Below are positions 24,155 through 39,200 of a stretch of DNA of 64,000 bases, one piece after another (the stretch's first letter is position 1; each line of letters begins with the position of its first letter). The translations under genes and the position numbers were made by a program. Below the pieces are notes generated by a model. It was not told the origin of the DNA and searched no databases. It saw only the letters and a program-made list of their open reading frames with translations. The DNA lies in contig NC_082707.1 of the NCBI RefSeq assembly GCF_030144855.1, forward strand, positions 55,428,001-55,492,000, written 5' to 3'. The DNA comes from Hypanus sabinus (Eukaryota).

Positions 24155-24292
24155 ATGCGAGCAACACTCGGAGTAATCTTAATTGTTGCCTCTTTGACAG
24201 CTTACTATGTCTACATTCCAATTCCGAACTCGCTGTCCGAACCCTGGAAATTGATGCTGCTGGATGCAACGTTCAGAGGAGTGCAGGATGTG
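24155..24292 (+). CDS. NCEH1: Neutral cholesterol ester hydrolase 1, exon 1 (signal anchor)
   Basis: [46 protein letters not shown] matches human ...[31 protein letters not shown]; donor GTG|gtatat. Confidence 0.93.
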
Positions 24293-27200
24293 GTATATTT
24301 TCTCTTTCTATTCATACTACTTTCCCAACAGGTTGCTGAGAAATCAAAGATTAGAATGACCATTTTAAATATTAAAGGAATGCGTTCATTATTTCAAAAG
24401 TATTTCAGTAGAATAGACTATAATGGGGTTATTTATTTGTGTTTCCTGTTTTGTTGTAGAACTCTATGTACATGCGTCCTATCCCTTAACTCATTTAAAT
24501 TACTGTGCATTATATCATTTTTTCGAACTAAATCCGCGTAGGACCCCGTGATGATGATCAAGCTAGGAGTGGCAGCCTGGCAGGCGGTGGACCGCGTATA
24601 ACTGGTATATAGCAGTGCACGTCAATTAGTACTGTATCGTTCTTTTATTTTTCTTTTAAAGGTCCAGTTATATTTATCGGGATCTTTGGTTTTCCTTACC
24701 TTTACAATTTATGTATAATATATAAGAATTTCGCCTGTAAGATGGCCCGTGTCACATGAAAACCGAAACATTATTTTGTGGGGTTGCTTCCCAGGCAAAT
24801 TGGGTTGTTCAACACAAATCAAAATTACATAAAGGCCAGTGAAACGAATGACCCAATTAATCTGTTTCCTGTTACTGTTGAATGAGGGAGAAGGTTTCAA
24901 CAGTGTGATAATTTTTGAATTGGTCCAGGGATCTTTAAAAATATGGATTTGATTTGGTGATTAATGTGGTACTTTGGGTATGACAGAGAAGTGCAAAACT
25001 TATGTCAACTTGCACAAAATTCTTTCGTGCATTTGAGGATCGAAACAGATTTTGACTGAAGCATTTAGGGCTGCTTTGAAATTAATGGGAAGAGCCCTAT
25101 TTGGAGAATCTGAGGTGTCTTCTAAATAAATGTTTTCTTTTAACTTTTCATTACTGATGTTCACCCTCAGTTGAACTTCATCCCACTCATTGTCACTGAT
25201 CTGGACAGTCTTCATCCCTGAAAATCACTTGGTGATTCCTTACCATTATTCAGCAACTCCTCTTCCAGGAAGTTCTCAGCCCAGTTGCCTTCCATTCCAT
25301 CTGTGCAATAGGGTTTTCCACTGCTTGCAATAATTTCATAAAATATCCAACCCTCACCTGCAGAAGTGTTCATCTTCAGTGGGGAGGTCTAATGTTGATG
25401 TGCTAATTTAGATGCTCCTGGTTTATCTTCACCAATTTAGCAGACCAACAAGAGGTGTGTATATTCTATGTATAAAATATCTGAAGGAGGTCATGGTTGA
25501 GCTCTATACATTATATGGACCATAATTAGAGTATAAGATGCACTAATATATTGTGTTAGCATTAGTGAGGACATGGAAAAGATCTAAAAGAATGTGGCTA
25601 GAGTTGGAGTAGTTTCATTATGAAGAAAAGATTATCTTCAGGCCTTTATATGGAACAGAGAATGAAAAAATATTTATTTCCTTTTAGCAAAAGCACTAAT
25701 AACCAGGGAAAGCTTTACACTATTTTTCTAGAAGGATTAGAGAGTATTTGAAAAAAATAGAGGTCAAGAATTCACCTTGACTAAAGGACAGTATAACCGA
25801 AAGCTCATCACTGTTGAAAAAGAACAAATGATGTGCCCTAAACTGCAAAGCTAAGAAGCAAGGGTTCTTAAGTGGGTTTAAGCTGCATTATCACATTTTT
25901 GGCAGATACGGACTCAGTAGTTTTATTCCTTGTTTTACATTTCTGCAATGCAACTGCAAAAAAAAATTATAAATCATTGACGGAAATTTAACAGGAGGAG
26001 CATGATCTTTTGGCTGAAGACAATTACAAACACAGGATAGGCACTGACAATATTTAACCAAAATATTAAAAAAACAAAAATATACTGGAAATAGGATAAT
26101 CAGATGGATGGAGGCCATTTTTTCAAAACTGCAACTTGTACCTAAAATATTTGATTTATTCCCTTGAAACTTTCTGACTTGTTTAATATTTCCAGTATTT
26201 CCTAATTTTACTTCACAGTCCTTACTGTTTTGAACAATTTTGTCAACAATTCTAACCCTTCATTTCCTTTCCTATTCTCTTGGATTTTGAGAGCTAGCGT
26301 ATGAACACCAATTCCATGGTAGAATATTTTGCCTGGACAATTCATTAACTTTAATAGAGTTTATTGTCTTTTGTTCTTTAGATTTATTCTCAGTGTTATC
26401 CTCAGAAACATAACATCAATGACGGTTCCTTCTTAATGTCATTCCTGATAATTCATGCACTCAATGCTTGAATATTGATGTTATATTTGGAACACCCCAA
26501 CTGAAATTAATATTTTAAAATTCTGTATTAAATTGGCCAAAAATAAGTTACAATAATTTTATTTTTGCCTGAAGTGCCAATAATCTAAAAACTAACAAAA
26601 TATTTCTGGTACAGTATGATCAATTTTTACAGAAAGTGCTAGGATTCATTAATATGGCACAGCAGGTGGTGGCACCTTGTCTCCAAAACTAGAGGTGTAA
26701 CCTTGTATAAACGAGATTTTTAGTTTGTGACAGATTCAGTTTGCTGGAAACAGTCTGTTTTCAGATTTGCTTGCCCTATGCTGACATGACAACATTCAGC
26801 ATGGTCACCAAGCATTTTCCCCATACAAGGAGAAGAAAGTGTGGTGACCATCCAATGAACTGTACCCTTAAACCTGTTACTGACATGTTACGGAACCAAA
26901 GTGAAGAGCATGAGGTAAACAAGATAAACAGTAATGTAGAGTTTCAAAAAGACTTTTCCAGAATACATCCCTTCCTAAAATGACTATAAACTTTGAGGTA
27001 TGTATTAATCACAGGAGGTCAAAACCAACAGCTTATGTTTTATGCACAGCTTAAGACCAGTTGTGGAGTAGGGTGGACCAAAAACAGTTCTTTAAATATT
27101 CTAAATTTAAAAATTACATTAGTAGCTCCTTGCTCAATGGAGAAACCTGGTATACCCATTTACGTTATTTGTTTCATGAATCTATATGACATTTTTTTAT

Positions 27201-29255
27201 CATCACAGTTGTTGATCGTGATGTGGGTGTAACTAAACCAAGTGCGAAGTCTGAGGCATGGATATTCTGTATCACTACATTGTTACCTTAAAATATATTT
27301 GGTTAACTTTTTTTTTGTAATACACAAATATGAGTTTGGTCATTTCTGTCATCATTCTGCCCTAATTTCTAAGAAACATAATTGAGTTATATCTTGGGTA
27401 AAGGGCATACAAACGTTTGTAGATTTATTTGAATGCAGCATACTAATTTAGAAAAGACATCCAAGTCTTTCACAGCATGTGAAGATTCATTATAAATATA
27501 TAAGAATGTCATATGCTTTAATATTAATATTAAATACTATATATTAATGATAATTAGATACAGCTTTTACCACAAGATTTTGCAAAACTCAAAATTGGCT
27601 TTAAGGAGGAAACCTCAAACATTTGCAATTTATTTGGTAACCTTGATCTTGCGACAAGTAACATTGTTATTTAGAAAGCTGTGTAATTTTACTGATTTTG
27701 GAGCCTTTCACTTTGCAATATTGAAAGAAAACTTTGTGACTTATTAAATGCATGCATCACTGTTATGTCTTGGAAGTGATGGCTGACAGCAACTGCTTTC
27801 AAAGAAAAGGGTTGGCTGCTCCACAGAGATCAGGAGGTCTTTGGCGAGAACATTCAAATCAAAAGCATAATTTTAACACTAATTTCATCATCCAAATCCA
27901 CATGTGTATTAGTCATAAAATAGAAGGAATTTGGTCAGGGTAGGGTGTCATCCTTACATTTCTATTTTACATTTTCATTCCAATCTATTGCACCATCTGC
28001 AGAAGGAGTAGTGACAATAGTCCACGAAATTTCTCTAAGATTTGTTTGAACTGAATGTAATGCATTCAGGTGCAATAAATATTATTTTAAACTTCATCAA
28101 ACTGGATTACCAAGATAGGTGTTTGAATTCAGTATATGAAATATTATTTTAGAACTGTTCTGTTGTCTATTTAAACCAATAAAAAATGGATTTAATGAAA
28201 CATTTCATCTTCAGTCCAAATATAATTGGAATTCAAAAAACACTTGTTTTTGAATGAGATTTGGTAAATCATTGAGCATTAAGCGCATATTGGAGAAAAT
28301 CTCTTTTTACTAGAATTGTCACTGAGAAATATTAGAAACATAAAATGCTAAAATCATTCAACCCTTTGAGATCATACCAGCTTTCTGTTCCATTGCCAAT
28401 TCCCTGCAGCACAGCAATTCTTTTCATGTACCGATCCTATTTTCTCTTGAAATCACCCTGCTAAGCTATTCATTCCAGCTAATAAACACTCAGTTTTTAA
28501 AAATAATTTTCTCCTCAAATCACTTATTTCCTTGATTATCTGGACTCCAGTTCTCTCTGGTTCTTACTCTTTCCACCTTCCTATCGCCTCTGTTTAGACT
28601 CCACTTTATATTAAACAGTTCTGTCAGTCCTCTCTTGACTTCCCATGTCCTGCAGAGAATAACTACAGCTTCTACATCCTTTCCCCATAATTCTCTCATC
28701 CTTGTGACTATGTTGGTGAATCTTTTATGCATCCTCTCTAAGCTTCATTTTTGCTTCAGCACTTTAAGAACAATTCATTTAAATTAAGACTTTTGTATTT
28801 TTCTAACTTGTTTTTTTATCTTTATAATTTATAAAGGACAATTCACTGACCTTTTGCCCATATTCTTGTGTAATCTCGTGGCTTTGATTTTTCACGTCAT
28901 TGATTTTCTCTATTTTTAGCGGTGGTCAGCTGACCTTGTGGCAACTCAACAATTGCTCTGCTTCGATAGGTCTCACTTCAGAATATTTGTTCACTTGCCA
29001 AGGAAAGGGGCTTTAAGAAGTGATTACAAATTTCATTACTAGCAATCTGGTATAACGCTATTTATGGATAATGCAGCATGAACTGATATGTATAAACATT
29101 GTTTCAAGTACTTTGTGCAATATTACTGTCTATTCAAATATATTTTTGTGTTATGATAACCAAACTTGGACAGTGCAAAGGACCCAAACTTGGACACTGC
29201 AAAGGTCTCAAACAGTAACATTATTGTTTACTAATCGGAACAAAATTCATATCAC

Positions 29256-29378
29256 AAACAAGAGAAAAACTGCTGATGCTGGAAATCTACAAATTGCTGG
29301 AGGAACTCAGCAGGCCAGGCATCATCTCCGGAAAAGAGTACAGTTGACGTTTCAGGCCAAGACCCTTCAGCAGGACAA
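29256..29378 (-). mobile_element. PLE terminal fragment with hammerhead relic
   Basis: aaacaagagaaaaactgctgatgctggaa... motif; minus strand guc-CUGCUGA-agggucuuggccu-GAAAC-GUC at 29341-29376. Confidence 0.65.
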
Positions 29379-31150
29379 ATTTCACATGTTTACTTATTAC
29401 ATCTGCTTTTCCGAAATCCCACATAAATGAACTAAAGTTGTTGAGTTTTGAAAAACATTTTTTACTTTTTCCATAAACTACTACTAGGTAGAATGCTGTA
29501 AAAGTTGCCCAAATAGATATCTGTGGAGGAGGGAGGAGAGAAAGGGCACTTACTGCCCATCCCATATCATTTGAAATATGCTTAGCTGTAATTTTATAGT
29601 TAGTAGCAAAGCAATGTATAACCTTTGGTAATGCTATTTTCTATTTTCTAGCCACTGTGGTTTCCAGAAGCAGTGATGTCATTATATTAACTAAGTAGTC
29701 ACTTATATAGCACACTGGAAAGTTATAGCTACAACAGCTTTGTCGTTTTACAAGAGCAACATAAAAATTGAGAAAGAGCTCCTAGATTTAACTTTATATA
29801 TAGGTATATACTGTATATGTGAGAGTTTTCACTCTCCAGTAATTCAGATAGAGTTTAATACAGCAAGACAAAAGGATACGACAGATCTAAGGGTGAACAG
29901 GAGAGCATTATAGATTTTTTTGTGTACTGAAAGTTCATGGTTGCCATTTATAGCTTGTAAATTGCAGCTTTTCTCTTCTTAGAACATGATGCACTATGGA
30001 GTAACAAGTATTCAAGCCTCATAATCAGAACATGCCAGTTGTAAAGGGTGTCAAAATGATCATGGACAAGGATACCAAACACTAAATAACTGAGATCACT
30101 CACCAAAATCTGGGCTTAGAAATTAGGTGAAAATAATGTATGCAGTAGGAATCTTGTAGTAATTGACTAATAATGAAATTAAGTACATCTGCAAATGAAG
30201 AACACACAACTCAAGGTCTCACAGTGTTGAATATTACTATTCTTAATTGTACAGTATTCCTATGCATTACAGCCATTTAGGTAATGAAACTTCAACTAAA
30301 CAGATATTACAAATTGCAACCAAAATTATACATTACAGATCAAAAATTTATTCTTACAGAATTTATGTGAGAAACAATAACTAAGCAAGCACAACATAAG
30401 ACAGAAACAGCAAATTTTATCATTTTTTGTCAAGGTTCAATTTATGTAAAATACAATAATGAAATGGAGGGACTTCTATGAACACAACTCCTCCATTATG
30501 GGGAGTATATGGTATTATTTCATACAAGTTACTGTAAGATTGGTATTTGTTATAACAACTAACAACTGTGTTGACACTTCTTGAACCAACTTGCAAAACC
30601 ATAATCATTACAGTTTAGCAACAATGACCAACTTTATCCACTTTGCACTAAAATGGACTTTGTTTTATTGTTCTAATTGTGCTTTCTTGTAAAAATTGTG
30701 TATAATTTACCTTTAATTTATGTTTCTCTTGTGATGCTGCTGCTAGTAAGTTCTTCATTGAACCTGTACATATGACAAAAATCTCGACTTTGACTTTGAG
30801 TTGACCATTGAGTTACGAATAGCTCAATTTAAACTCAGTAGTGTCTAAATATCTACATTCTATGGTGTTAAGAAATAAATAAGGTAATTTCAAGCCTTTA
30901 TTTATAAACATAATACTTCCAGTCATTAGCAGAAACTTCTGTATTTCATTGTAAAAAGAAATTTGTTTGATCAACTATGACTGCTGAAGCAGAATCAGCA
31001 GATTCAACAAGTTATTACAAAATAACCCATGTACCAAATTTCTATTCAACCTTACTTTTGTAATAATTAATAAATTAAGTATGTTGTTTTGTGAAGTTTG
31101 GCTTCAAAAGTATGGGTACGGGTACAATTAATAACACTTTTGTTTTGTAG

Positions 31151-31379
31151 TGTCATTTAGTGCAGCAGCTGGGACTTGGCCATCACCTGAGAGCACTGAA
31201 TTTTGTCATTAATGCATTTGAGATGCTTGCCCCACAATCAAATGAATTGGTTGAAGTGACAGACACAATATTTGATGGAGTACAAGTCAGAGTGTTTGAA
31301 CCCAAGGCAAAGCCGAATGGTGAACTAAGACGAAGCGTTATTTACATACATGGTGGAGGCTGGGCTTTGGGAAGTGCAA
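31151..31379 (+). CDS. NCEH1: NCEH1 exon 2 (HGGG oxyanion motif)
   Basis: ttttgtag|TGTCAT...GCAA|gtaagt; [18 protein letters not shown]...[11 protein letters not shown]...[12 protein letters not shown]. Confidence 0.95.
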
Positions 31380-31682
31380 GTAAGTGAACTAGAACAAGAA
31401 GAAATAAGTTATTTCACCTTCCTTGAAATGTCCATAACACACGTCTTCATTTATAGAGACACTTTGAAAGGAGTACACTATTTAGACCTTGAACTTCTTC
31501 ACTTGTACTGTCATTCAGGGACGTATTCCCTGTCCTCGGAAAGAAACTGTGCAAGAAGTGGAAATTCAGGGCCACAATGGCTTGCTTCATTCACTGATAA
31601 GCATTAATCTTAAAACCTGTCATCAGCATGAAAAAAATAACTTCCAAGTATGGTCCTCCCCTTTTATTTTGTGTTACTGTAG

Positions 31683-31752
31683 GAATGCGATCATATGACC
31701 ACCTTTGCCAGAAGATGGCCAATATTATGAAGGCCGTTCTTGTCTCTATTGA
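31683..31752 (+). CDS. NCEH1: NCEH1 exon 3
   Basis: ctgtag|GAATGCGA...ATTGA|gtaagt; (R)MRSYDHLCQKMANIMKAVLVSI(E); phases fit both neighbours. Confidence 0.93.
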
Positions 31753-32438
31753 GTAAGTACAGTATTCACAAAATAACAGGATAATTTTCCTGTCAATGTA
31801 ATTTTAGGATTATGTTTTGTTTTGGTCAAAACATGGTCAGATAAATTGAAAATTGTTATACAAAATTTCATTTCAAAATATATATTGAAATTTAAACTCC
31901 TAATTTTTATTTCAGCATTTGTATCTTTAAGGAAGGAAACCTGCTGACTGTGATAAAAATACAAATATAATAGTCAGCAAGGAGGAAGGAAAGGGGGAAA
32001 AAGCTTAGAATTTTTTGAGGAACTCTTAACCAGAGCGGAGTAAAAGGGAAGCAATAAATGTATTTGTTTATCTAGAAGGAATTTAATTTTTAACACTTAA
32101 AAAATACTTGGGGAAGTAATTTGAATCTTCTAAGAACTTGTTGTCATTAGTAAGGATAGAAAATCTTGAGTGAAACTAGCCATTAGTGATCAAATACTAA
32201 CTGGATTTGAGCAGACATTAAGCATTTATACCCAGAAGGAATAACACTACTTTCAGGCCCATTAATTTGGTCTTTTTAATCCCCATCCTTCAAACAAGAA
32301 CATAAGTAAGAATATAAAATATTTAAATTATCCTCAAGTAGAAAGTGAATATTGTTTCTTGTTCTTTTGAATCATACTATTGGTAAAATCTTACAAGTCG
32401 AAGCTAACTGAAACTGCATTGCTCATTCTTAAACTTAG

Positions 32439-32610
32439 ATACCGTCTTGTTCCAGAGGCTTATTTTCCTGAGCAGATAAATGATGTTTACAGTGCTACTA
32501 GATATTTTCTACAGCCTGAGGTCTTGTCACGGTATTCAGTGGATCCAAATCGAATTGCACTTTCTGGAGACAGTGCTGGAGGGAACTTGGCTGCTGCTGT
32601 GAGCCAGCAG
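32439..32610 (+). CDS. NCEH1: NCEH1 exon 4 (GDSAG nucleophile elbow)
   Basis: acttag|ATACCGT...CAGCAG|gtaaat; [16 protein letters not shown]...[19 protein letters not shown]. Confidence 0.95.
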
Positions 32611-32934
32611 GTAAATTGTGCATTACACAAACAGCAGTTATCTTATTTCAGTATCAGTTGACCTGCTACAGTTAATAAGCATGACACCTCTCACTGTAAC
32701 ATTTTACATTTTTGAAAATTGTAGATGTATGTATTTGTGGAATTTGCTACTGTTGAGCTCAATTTGACTAAGCCTACAAACGTTGCAGTGGATTGGCCAG
32801 GTTTGACGGATGGTGCCTATATCCCCAAGGGCATTGCATGCAATGTGCTGGCTGCTGGATCCATCTTTCCTCTACAAGGACAACTGTAAACTACTTAGAA
32901 TAGTGGGCATCAGAAAGGCAATGAGAAGATTGCT

Positions 32935-33460
32935 ACATAAACACAAGAGATTCTGCAGATGCTGGAAATACAGAGCAACACATCCAAAATGCTGGAGGAA
33001 CTCAGCATGTCAGACAGCATTTGTGGAGGGAAATAAACAGACAACATTTCAGGCAAGATGGGAAAGCCAGGAGGTGTTGGGTGGAAACAGTGAAAGGCTG
33101 AAGAGAAAGGAATCTGATGGGAGAGGAGAGAGGACCGTGGGAGAAAGGGGAAGAGGAGCACCAGAGAGAGGTGATGGGCATGTGAGAAGAAGAGGTGTAA
33201 GAGGGGAACCAGGACAGGGAATTAAAAAGGGATAAGGAGGGAAGGATTTACCAGAAGTTAGAGAAATTGATGTTCATGCTGTTAGTTAGAGGCCACCCGG
33301 AGGAAAGAAGAAGTACTGCTCCTCCAAGCCTGAATGTGGCCTCATTGTGGCCGTAGAGAAGGCCATGGATCATGCAATAGGAAATAGAATTAAAATGGTT
33401 GGCCACCAAGATATCCCATCTTTTGTGGCAGATGACATGAACGTGTTCGACATGGGAAGG
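32935..33460 (-). mobile_element. Degraded PLE 3' fragment in NCEH1 intron 4
   Basis: Same terminal motif, purine-rich tract and endonuclease C-terminal relic as 21898-22450. Confidence 0.75.
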
Positions 33461-34707
33461 TGGGACATAGCTGCTGATGGCTAAAGTCCCTGGAGGCTAA
33501 CTGTTCAGGAAGACGAGAATTGGGTGAGACGAGGGCTCACAGAAAACCGAAGCTGGCAAAGTATACACTTCCTTTACCCAATGTTTTATAATTAGAAACT
33601 GCTATGATATATGGGGCTCCAGAGCTATACCAGATATTGTTCAACACATTTGATTAGCAGGACACAACCCATCACTCTTGCATATGGATGGCCACCAAAC
33701 TTATTTTCCAAAACATTTAAGAAAAGTAATTATCTAAGCTGTAAAGGTAAATTATTGAACGTTTCTAAAAGTCTATACATTCAGTAATGTTTAATATCAT
33801 CAGAAACTTGGGAACATTTTCTCAAATTTTCTTAGCATTTCCCTTAAATGTGTTTTCAATGTGTCAAATAAAATTCTTAATACAGAAGTATTGAGGCTGT
33901 TCTGAACTAATATCATTAACATGAAATATGTCGTGTATTTAATATTTCAGTAATATTTGAAGAATATTGTAAATATATTGTTTGATTAAGCATTCTTGTC
34001 AACTTAAATAATTCACTGCAGGTTATATGTAAAAATACATGAATTGCATTCATCCTGACATTGCCTGTGGTACATGTGTGCTCACTTAAAGTAAACACGA
34101 AGTTAGACTTGCATTTCAATCACTTTTGTTTCCCAATTAGTTTAATATTTTGGGGTTACAAAATGTAATAAAATGTTTTCCTGCTTCACAACCCTTGCGT
34201 GCTTGGCCTGCTGAGTATTTTCAGCATTTTACTTTTAACTTAGAGTTCCACAGCAAGGAAGAAGCAAGCTCTATAGCCCAACTCATTCATATTGTTCAAA
34301 GTGTCTGTTTGAGCTTGTCTGATTTAGCTGTATTTGGTCCATGTATCTTTCCTATCCATGTACATGTCCATAATTTTACCACGTACCCCTCCCACCACTT
34401 CCTGTGGCAGCTCATTCCATAAGCCTGTGTGGAAAGACTTGCCACTTGTGTACCCTTTAAATCTTTTCCCTCATCTCAAACCAATAGTGTTAGACTACTC
34501 TATCATGGGATAAAAAGCCTGTGGCAATCCATCTTTTTTGTGCCCCCTTTTACTTTATATAGTTCTATAAATAATCCCACTGTCTTCCATCACTCCATAG
34601 AAAATAGTCCCTTCCTATCCATTCTATACTAATAACTCAAGTCTCAATCCCTGTTTCATTACTTAATATATTTTTTTCTAATATATTATTTTTTTCTGTC
34701 CCTGTAG

Positions 34708-35325
34708 CTTGTTCTGGACAGAACTATCACCATCCGACTCAAGCTTCAAGCTCTTATTTATCCAGTGCTTCAGGCTTTTGACTTCAATACTCCTTCTTAT
34801 CAACAAAATATGGCTGCACCCATCTTGAACAAACATGTCATGGCCCGCTTTTGGTTGGAGTATCTAAATGGTGATCCAGGATTTGTCCAGGCAATGTTGG
34901 TCAACAATCATACAGCTTCAGACCAAAGTCAGCTGACGTCCATTCGAGCTCGCTTAAATTGGACAACACTATTACCACAATCATTTAAAAAGAACTTCAA
35001 ACCTGTTATCCAGGTAATGGGAAATCCACAGGTTATCAAGGAGTTGCCAACACTGATAGACCCAAGAGCAGTTCCACTAATTGCAGATAAAGAAATTCTG
35101 CAGTTGTTACCAAAAGCTTACATTTTGACCTGTGAGCATGATATTCTGAGAGATGATGGAATAATGTATGCAAAGCGATTAGAAGATGCCGGAATAGAAG
35201 TGACCTTAGATCATTATGAAGATGGATTTCATGGTGCAATGATATTTGCACTGCCCCCTACCAGTTTTGTTGTGGGAAACAAGATTATGAACAACTATAT
35301 AAACTGGCTCGATAAAAATCTGTGA
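34708..35325 (+). CDS. NCEH1: NCEH1 exon 5 (catalytic Asp and His, stop)
   Basis: cctgtag|CTTGTT; [24 protein letters not shown]...[12 protein letters not shown]...EDGFHG...WLDKNL*. The five exons sum to 1227 nt = 408 aa. Confidence 0.96.
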   Translation, partial: LVLDRTITIRLKLQALIYPVLQAFDFNTPSYQQNMAAPILNKHVMARFWLEYLNGDPGFVQAMLVNNHTASDQSQLTSIRARLNWTTLLPQSFKKNFKPVIQVMGNPQVIKELPTLIDPRAVPLIADKEILQLLPKAYILTCEHDILRDDGIMYAKRLEDAGIEVTLDHYEDGFHGAMIFALPPTSFVVGNKIMNNYINWLDKNL

Positions 35326-37634
35326 ACATTTGATCAGAGTAGGAAGTTCCAATAGATAATATCACAGCAGGTTCTTTTGGAAAAGACCTTCATGTTTGTG
35401 CAATGCAACAATCCAATGCAAAGTTTTGTTAGCGAGAATTGAATCTGCCTTGTTAGGCTTGATCTGGTTAAAATGTGTATTCTTTCATACTTCAGGAAAT
35501 CCGTATCAGAACAAAGCATAATATGGAAAGAAATAGCTGTGATAACCTTTCGCAATGTAATGATTAGGGCTGGGAAAAGTTTTCATTTTTGGCACCTCCG
35601 TAATTATAAACATGTTTGTGAAGCAATTATTATTAGTTCAAAATAGGTGTGTGATGATTATGTCACTGGTAAACTTAATTTAGGTAATTTTAAATGCATA
35701 ATTGTCAGTAATATTGTGCTATTTTACCTTTGTTTTGCTTGAATATAAAACAAAACTACTGTACATGCAGTTATGTTCAGTGCCTGAGACAGCAGTACAA
35801 CCCCACAAGAACAGTTTTGATGGAATCTTAAGTACTGTTTGAAATGGATTTCAACTGACTAGATACCTAAAGGAATAACATTTTTTTCCTTAAGTGCACA
35901 GTCAAAAGGTGAAAAAGTTGTCAATTGAATAATATCACAATGATTTTCTGCCTATCATTCCATTTCCTTTATTTATTTAACTTTTCTTAACCCATCCCTG
36001 CCTGGAATATTTACATAATTTTTTAAATCATCATCCTAAATGGCCAGACTGTGACTTCTGGCAGAGGCAAATATATTTTAGTTCTATTCAGAAATCTGAA
36101 TATTTAAATGACATTACACTCATTCCTTTGCACATAGGGAACAAAGGCCCAGTACCCTCAACCGAGAAATCAAACTGGAGAATTTCAAGTGCACATCCAC
36201 TAGGACAACTAAAATAACATTCTATACCTGTTTTTCACCCAAACCCGACAGTATTGCATCAAATACTAGAAGCATTCAGCTGGTCAACAGCATCTGTGGA
36301 AAGATAAACATTATGTAACTGCATAATCTGAAAATCTCCATTTTGTTGGGAAGTCTGAAATTATAATGGAGTTTAGTCTGGTAAGAACATTATTCAGAAC
36401 TATATCACTATTCAAATCAATTTCACATCGTAGATAACATATTTAAGAATCTTAACTTTGTATTTTTTTGATTTTTGTTTCAATTGATTTGGATTATTTT
36501 CTGAAATGCTGGACTATAAAATTGAATCAACTAATTTGCTGCTTTGGAACATTAATCTGTGGTTGAATACTTGCTGTACATAATTAACCTTTGTTACAAT
36601 GCATGCCAATATTACGTTGATATAAAATTGTGCTCTGCTGTGGTTTTCAGCTTTGATACTAGGATCTTCAGTTGGGCTTTAGAGAAAACTGAGATATTTA
36701 ATCAGTAGATTACTTCCTCCTCAAGAACTGGACTGTAGGGCATACTACACAGGTATGTCTTCAGTTCCTCAAGTTCATAGGGAGTGCGTATGATCATAAT
36801 GAAGAGGAGTAGAAGAATGCAAAGAGATACGACTTATTTTTAAATTCCAGGACTAATCTCACAATTCAAAAAATTAAATGGGTGTACAAAGGCACCCACT
36901 TGATTATTTAAAATATATATATATAGAAACAGAAATTCAGTTTTAATTGAGATTCATTTGTTATTTTGTAAATTTAAAGGACAGGTCAATTGAATTTTTA
37001 GTTAAGTGTAATTATGCAAACAGTAACATGGATCATATTTAACTAGAAAGCTAATTGATGGTTCCTTCATATCATACAGCAGCTTGCAATTCACATCTAA
37101 CAGCTAATTTTAGGCAATTCATTTGCAAATGAAACAATAGAATAATCAGTATCAATGTTGCAATTATTTTTACTAAAGAGACTGTTGATTAAAAATTGTC
37201 ACTTTACTATAACAAAAAATGCCCATGATTTACTTTATTTAACGCTGTGTAATATATTTTCAAACAATACCAAACCAATTCCTTCTCTCCTCTCCCAGAG
37301 TGGTGACTAATTATATAGGCCAGGGTGTGGTTTCTAAAGCTGCCTGAATAACTTAAAAGTTGTTTTTCCACGTGAACTCAGATTCTAACTATTCTGGTGG
37401 TGTCAATCTTGATTTCTTCTCATCAGTAGTTTGTTTGTATTTAGGAATTACTTGACTTGATTAAGAGTGAGAATTTAAATTTCTGTTTTTTGATAGAGGC
37501 TGTGATATACCTTCCTCAGACAAAATTGTAAATACCAATCAAACTGATGTTATTGCCTTAGTATTTAGAATTCTGCTAAAATAGTTATTACTGCACTAAT
37601 GCACTGAAATCAGCTGCCATTTTGTCCAGAATTC

Positions 37635-37890
37635 CTTTAAGGACCACATTTGTTTGTCACATGAATGCCAAAACCTAAAGTGAAATGAGCCATTTTTGTA
37701 ACGACCAACGAAGTACGAAGATGTGCCGGATGCAACCCACAAATGTCGGCATGCTTACAGTGCCAACATCGCATGCCCACAATGTCTTTGGAATGCGGGC
37801 GGAATCTGGAGAACCTGGAGGAAACCCATGCAGCAATTAGGAGAATAGACAAACTCAGTGGTGCTGTAAAGCACTGCACTACAGTGCCAC
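37635..37890 (-). mobile_element. V-SINE-like SINE
   Basis: Reverse complement of the same SINE family seen at 57825 and 58660. Confidence 0.65.
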
Positions 37891-38834
37891 TCTCACTTTT
37901 TCCTTAAGATTGGTTTAGATTTTAGGAACGTTGCACTGCACAAAACAGTTGTGCCTAAAGCAATTAGCCTGTCAATTGAGCACCATAATTTGAAAATTGG
38001 TGATCAAAAAGAGTTGGTGTGAAGGAGAGAGAACGATGTCAGCATGAATGATTTATTTTGATTTTTTTTAAGAGTATTGATTCCTTGCTATAAGTTCTCA
38101 TTTATCATCTGTTTAGGACATATTGCTCATTTTTGCACACAGTGCCTGTGATAGTTATACTCAGAATCATGCTGTTTGTACAGAGCAATGGAATTCAAGA
38201 GCAACACACACAAAATGCTGGAGGAACACAGGAGCTCAGGCAGCATCTGTGGAAATAACAATGGATGTTTCAGGCCAAGGTTCTTCTTAAGGACTGGGAA
38301 CACAGGAATGTGTTTATGTAGTTTCGTTAAAAGCATGCAAAGGTGCAATTACTATATGCTAGAAGAACTATGTGAAAATAACAAATTAGAACTTCAGCAT
38401 ATCACAAACTCTACATCAGCACAGACTTGATTATCAGTTTGAAGTCACTGCAGTTCATTTGGGAGCACATAAGATAACATCAAGTGAAGAATTAGGAAAT
38501 AAATTAACTAAACCAGCATACAGGCTTTTAAAATACTTAAATATAGAATTTAAGGAAATGGTATTAAAGACATTACAATTTATAAAAACAATAGTAGAAC
38601 TCAAGTTACTGATCAACAGCTACAGCAGCATAATAGATAATAAAATAGTTTACTTTGTTCCCAGAGATAGTATTTATCACAGAGCAAATGTAAATCTTGA
38701 AATCATTATGTTTTTCTATATGATTTTATGCAAATTTTATTGTATTAAAATTTTAAACATTTCAGTTTGTCCCACTGTAACATGGCATGTAAAGTGCATT
38801 TTAAAATGCAAGGCAAATAAAACATAATATTAAA

Positions 38835-39200
38835 CAATATTCTGTAGATGCTGAAAATATTGAGGAACCTACACTAAATGCTGGAGGAATTCAGCAAGTC
38901 AGGCAGCATCCATGGAGAGGAATAAACAGGTCCTTCATTAGGACAGGAAATGAAGGGGAGAGAAGGTAGGGGAAGCAGAATGAGTACAAGCTGGCAGGTG
39001 ATAGGTGAAACCAGAAAAGGGGAGGGGGGATGAAGTAAGAAGCTGGAAGTGATAGTTGGAAGGGCTGAAGAAGGAATATGATAGGAGTGGTCATTGGATC
39101 ATGGGAGAAAGGGAAGGAGGAGGCATACCAGAGGGAGGTAATGGGCAGGTGAGGAGAAGGGGTAAGCGAGGAGCCAGAATAGTGAATGGAAAAAGAACAG
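38835..39200 (-). mobile_element. Degraded PLE 3' UTR fragment
   Basis: ctgtagatgctg...aaatgctggaggaattcagcaagtcaggcagcatc followed by the purine-rich tract. Confidence 0.7.

Noticed and set aside
24293-24541. C-terminal part of ORF 24155-24541
   Set aside because: NCEH1 similarity ends at the GT donor (24293); the remainder is intron.
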